25,840 nucleotides of DNA, taken from the NCBI GenBank assembly GCA_001828545.1, contig MHYW01000136.1, positions 1 through 25,840 on the forward strand, given 5' to 3'. The notes beneath the pieces are model-generated. The model was not told the origin of the DNA and did not search any database. It was given only the letters and a program-made list of their open reading frames with translations. This DNA is from Planctomycetes bacterium RIFCSPHIGHO2_12_FULL_52_36 (GTDB lineage: Bacteria > Planctomycetota > Brocadiia > Brocadiales > Bathyanammoxibiaceae). Made by a program: the position numbers and the translations under genes. Shown here piece after piece: positions 23,750 through 25,840 of this stretch. Position 1 is the first letter of the stretch, and each line of letters opens with the position of its first letter.

Positions 23750-25840
23750 CTATTTTTCCAAAAACAAGTTGACGTGGCCATCCGGTTTACTTCCACAAAT
23801 CTCAATGATTTTTCGTATCTCCACGTACCCTGTAGAACTATTCCCCATGAGTTTCATTTTAAAGCCGTAGTCTTGCAGTCTATGTAATAACTTTAACGAA
23901 TCGGTCCCCGCATTTTTTAGCCCGTATGGCCAAAATTCCATAAATATCTTCAAGTTATTGCCTTTTAATACTTTTTCAGCACCTTCTATCACAAGCCCTT
24001 CATACCCTTCTACGTCCATTTTGAGGAAATCCACCTTCTCAACACCTACTGCACCCTCAAAAAATTTATCTAGTGTTATTGTCTCAACCTCGTCTCGTGA
24101 TAACGATGGAGTACTCAGCCCAGCAGACATTATGTCTGTGGAGATATGCCCTGTAACATTGTCTTGCGATAACGATGGAGTAGTCAGATTAACTTTATTA
24201 ATAAAAAGCAGGGCCTTCCCGCATTTATTAGAGACAGCCTTTGGGATGGGAATGATATTGGTATAGCCATTTACCTTAATATTTGCGACAAGAAGGTCAT
24301 AATTATTTGATACTGGTTCAAATGCGTACACCTTACCCTCATTCCCCACTAGTTTTGCGGCAATCAGGGCATAATATCCGATATTTGCACCAACATCTAC
24401 CACAACCATACCTGGCCTTATCTGTTCTTTAAATAATTCCGTGTCTTGTCTTCCATAAACCCCTGTACTAAATAAATAAGGGGCAAGACCTTCGTCACGA
24501 TAATCCACATACATCTTGCTTCCCTGGACCTCCATCAAAATTACCCCATCAGGTTTTAATTTCGTATAAATGAACCAATAGAGAGGTAAGACACCGGGAA
24601 TCTTCCCAATACCCTTGCCTGACAAGGCCTCTTTAAGCTTCCTGAACAGTAGAAATGTTAGGTTCTCTTTAGGGAGTACATTTAATGTTGGGGCTTTATC
24701 AGCGTTTTCAAGGGGCCCCTTTTCTGCTAGTACGGCAATGGTGTTACCTAACCCGGGTAGTTTCCGTTTAATCTTGTCTTCTACAGGTTCCACTATCTTT
24801 ACCATTATCTCCCACAAGGAGGAGGATTTTAAGAAGTCGGGGATAAAATTGATCCCCATCTCTTCCTTTACCTCCAGCCCACCCTCCCTTAAAGCCAATT
24901 TTAGTTCTCCCCTGGTTTTCCACTTATCATAAGGGTCAAAGCTGTCCAGTGTGGCGACCCGGTTGATGGTTCTGTGCATGAGGGTTTTAAGTCCCTCTAC
25001 CATTCCATTAACACCATGACGATTGGGGGTGGTGAGGCCGGCCTTTCCGCCTGGCTTCAGCACCCTGCCCATCTCTTTTAGGGCCTTTTCATATCCTGGA
25101 ATGTGTTCAATGACCTCGGAGCATGAGACCGTGTCAAAACTGCAGTCCTTGAAGGGCAGTCGGGTGGCATCTGCTACCAGGAAGATTCCTCTTATATTTT
25201 CCTTAACCAACCTCGTTCTGGCTACGTTAACTGTCCTGTAGTCATAGTCCAGGCCCACATACCTTGCTCCCTTTGAAGTAAATAGAATTGCATCTCTTCC
25301 ACTACCACAGCCCACTTCCAGTATTTTTTCTCCACCTGCGGGTCTAAGGAGTTCCAAAAGGGCCCTTTGTTCCGCCTCGCTCTCGTGAGCCCAAAAAGGG
25401 GTAGAGGCAAGGGTCTTCTCCCTCTGCTGGGCGTTGCGGGCATAAATCTCCTTTACCCAGCAAGTTATTAGCCTCCTGGCCTCTTCATCCAAAGACCCTT
25501 CCCTGGGGAGAATCTTGGCCACGATGAATTGCTCATATATCTTCTCCAGCCCCCTGGCGCTCCTTTCTGCACTGAAATAGTCCAAGACCCTCTGCCTCCC
25601 CTTCTCTCCCATCTCTCTTGCCCTGGGCGGGGACTGAAGTAGCTCTATTATGGCCCTGGCCATAGCCTCGGTGTCTTTTGGCGGAACCAGCAGGCCAGTC
25701 TCTCCCTCCACTACTGCCTCAGGTATACCACCTACCTTGTTGGCCACTACCGCCTTACCCATTACCATGGCCTCCAGGATGGCTATGGACAGGGCCTCTC
25801 TAGTAGAGGGATGGATATAGAATTCCGCAGTGCTGAGGAT
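23750..25840 (-). CDS. Triple fusion: GT4 glycosyltransferase + class I SAM methyltransferase + FkbM-family methyltransferase (5' end outside window)
   Basis: Frame is open to base 25840 (ILSTAEFYIHPSTREALSIAILEAMVMGKAVVANKVGGIPEAV, GT4). Then ILEVGCGSGR, DATRLPFKDCSFD, EVIEHI (MTase_11). Then VVDVGANIGYY, YAFEP, FLKMDVEGYE, FMEFWP (FkbM). At least 696 aa. Confidence 0.92.
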   Translation of the reverse strand: MLSTAEFYIHPSTREALSIAILEAMVMGKAVVANKVGGIPEAVVEGETGLLVPPKDTEAMARAIIELLQSPPRAREMGEKGRQRVLDYFSAERSARGLEKIYEQFIVAKILPREGSLDEEARRLITCWVKEIYARNAQQREKTLASTPFWAHESEAEQRALLELLRPAGGEKILEVGCGSGRDAILFTSKGARYVGLDYDYRTVNVARTRLVKENIRGIFLVADATRLPFKDCSFDTVSCSEVIEHIPGYEKALKEMGRVLKPGGKAGLTTPNRHGVNGMVEGLKTLMHRTINRVATLDSFDPYDKWKTRGELKLALREGGLEVKEEMGINFIPDFLKSSSLWEIMVKIVEPVEDKIKRKLPGLGNTIAVLAEKGPLENADKAPTLNVLPKENLTFLLFRKLKEALSGKGIGKIPGVLPLYWFIYTKLKPDGVILMEVQGSKMYVDYRDEGLAPYLFSTGVYGRQDTELFKEQIRPGMVVVDVGANIGYYALIAAKLVGNEGKVYAFEPVSNNYDLLVANIKVNGYTNIIPIPKAVSNKCGKALLFINKVNLTTPSLSQDNVTGHISTDIMSAGLSTPSLSRDEVETITLDKFFEGAVGVEKVDFLKMDVEGYEGLVIEGAEKVLKGNNLKIFMEFWPYGLKNAGTDSLKLLHRLQDYGFKMKLMGNSSTGYVEIRKIIEICGSKPDGHVNLFLEK

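Noticed and set aside
162-25443. Remaining short ORFs in the track that overlap the long genes on either strand
   Set aside because: Alternate-frame or antisense shadows of well-supported CDSs, with no motifs or SD support.

Overview
Bacterial chromosomal window of mixed GC; the FabZ variant suggests Planctomycetota, which is inference only. The left part is housekeeping. On the + strand are recA (5' truncated), alaS, fabZ and an outer-membrane beta-barrel. On the - strand are an amidase-nfi-archaemetzincin-DUF192 operon, a HAD-YvcK/GlmR fusion and a second, paralogous HAD. The centre (+ strand) is a candidate RiPP-like system. It starts with a 59-aa Tat-leader peptide gene missed by the ORF track (10324-10503; core VCGPVLCPPKLKLASRS). 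This is followed by a radical SAM/SPASM enzyme with a C-terminal PqqD/RRE, an HPr-kinase-like kinase and an NTP_transf_5-type nucleotidyltransferase. No lasso cyclase or peptidase is present in the window. This operon converges on, and overlaps by 42 bp, a - strand glycan operon. That operon holds a GT4-MTase-FkbM triple fusion (runs off the window), two GT2, two GT4, a cytidylyltransferase, an AT-rich radical SAM, UDP-sulfoquinovose synthase and two Zn-ribbon methyltransferases. It also carries a GT4/GT2 deletion scar and a coupled 31-aa hydrophobic ORF. GTAG-type REP palindromes are scattered throughout, and one sits in frame inside the archaemetzincin gene. No rRNA, tRNA, CRISPR array or transposase was seen. 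All assignments come from motif recognition by eye; no searches were run.
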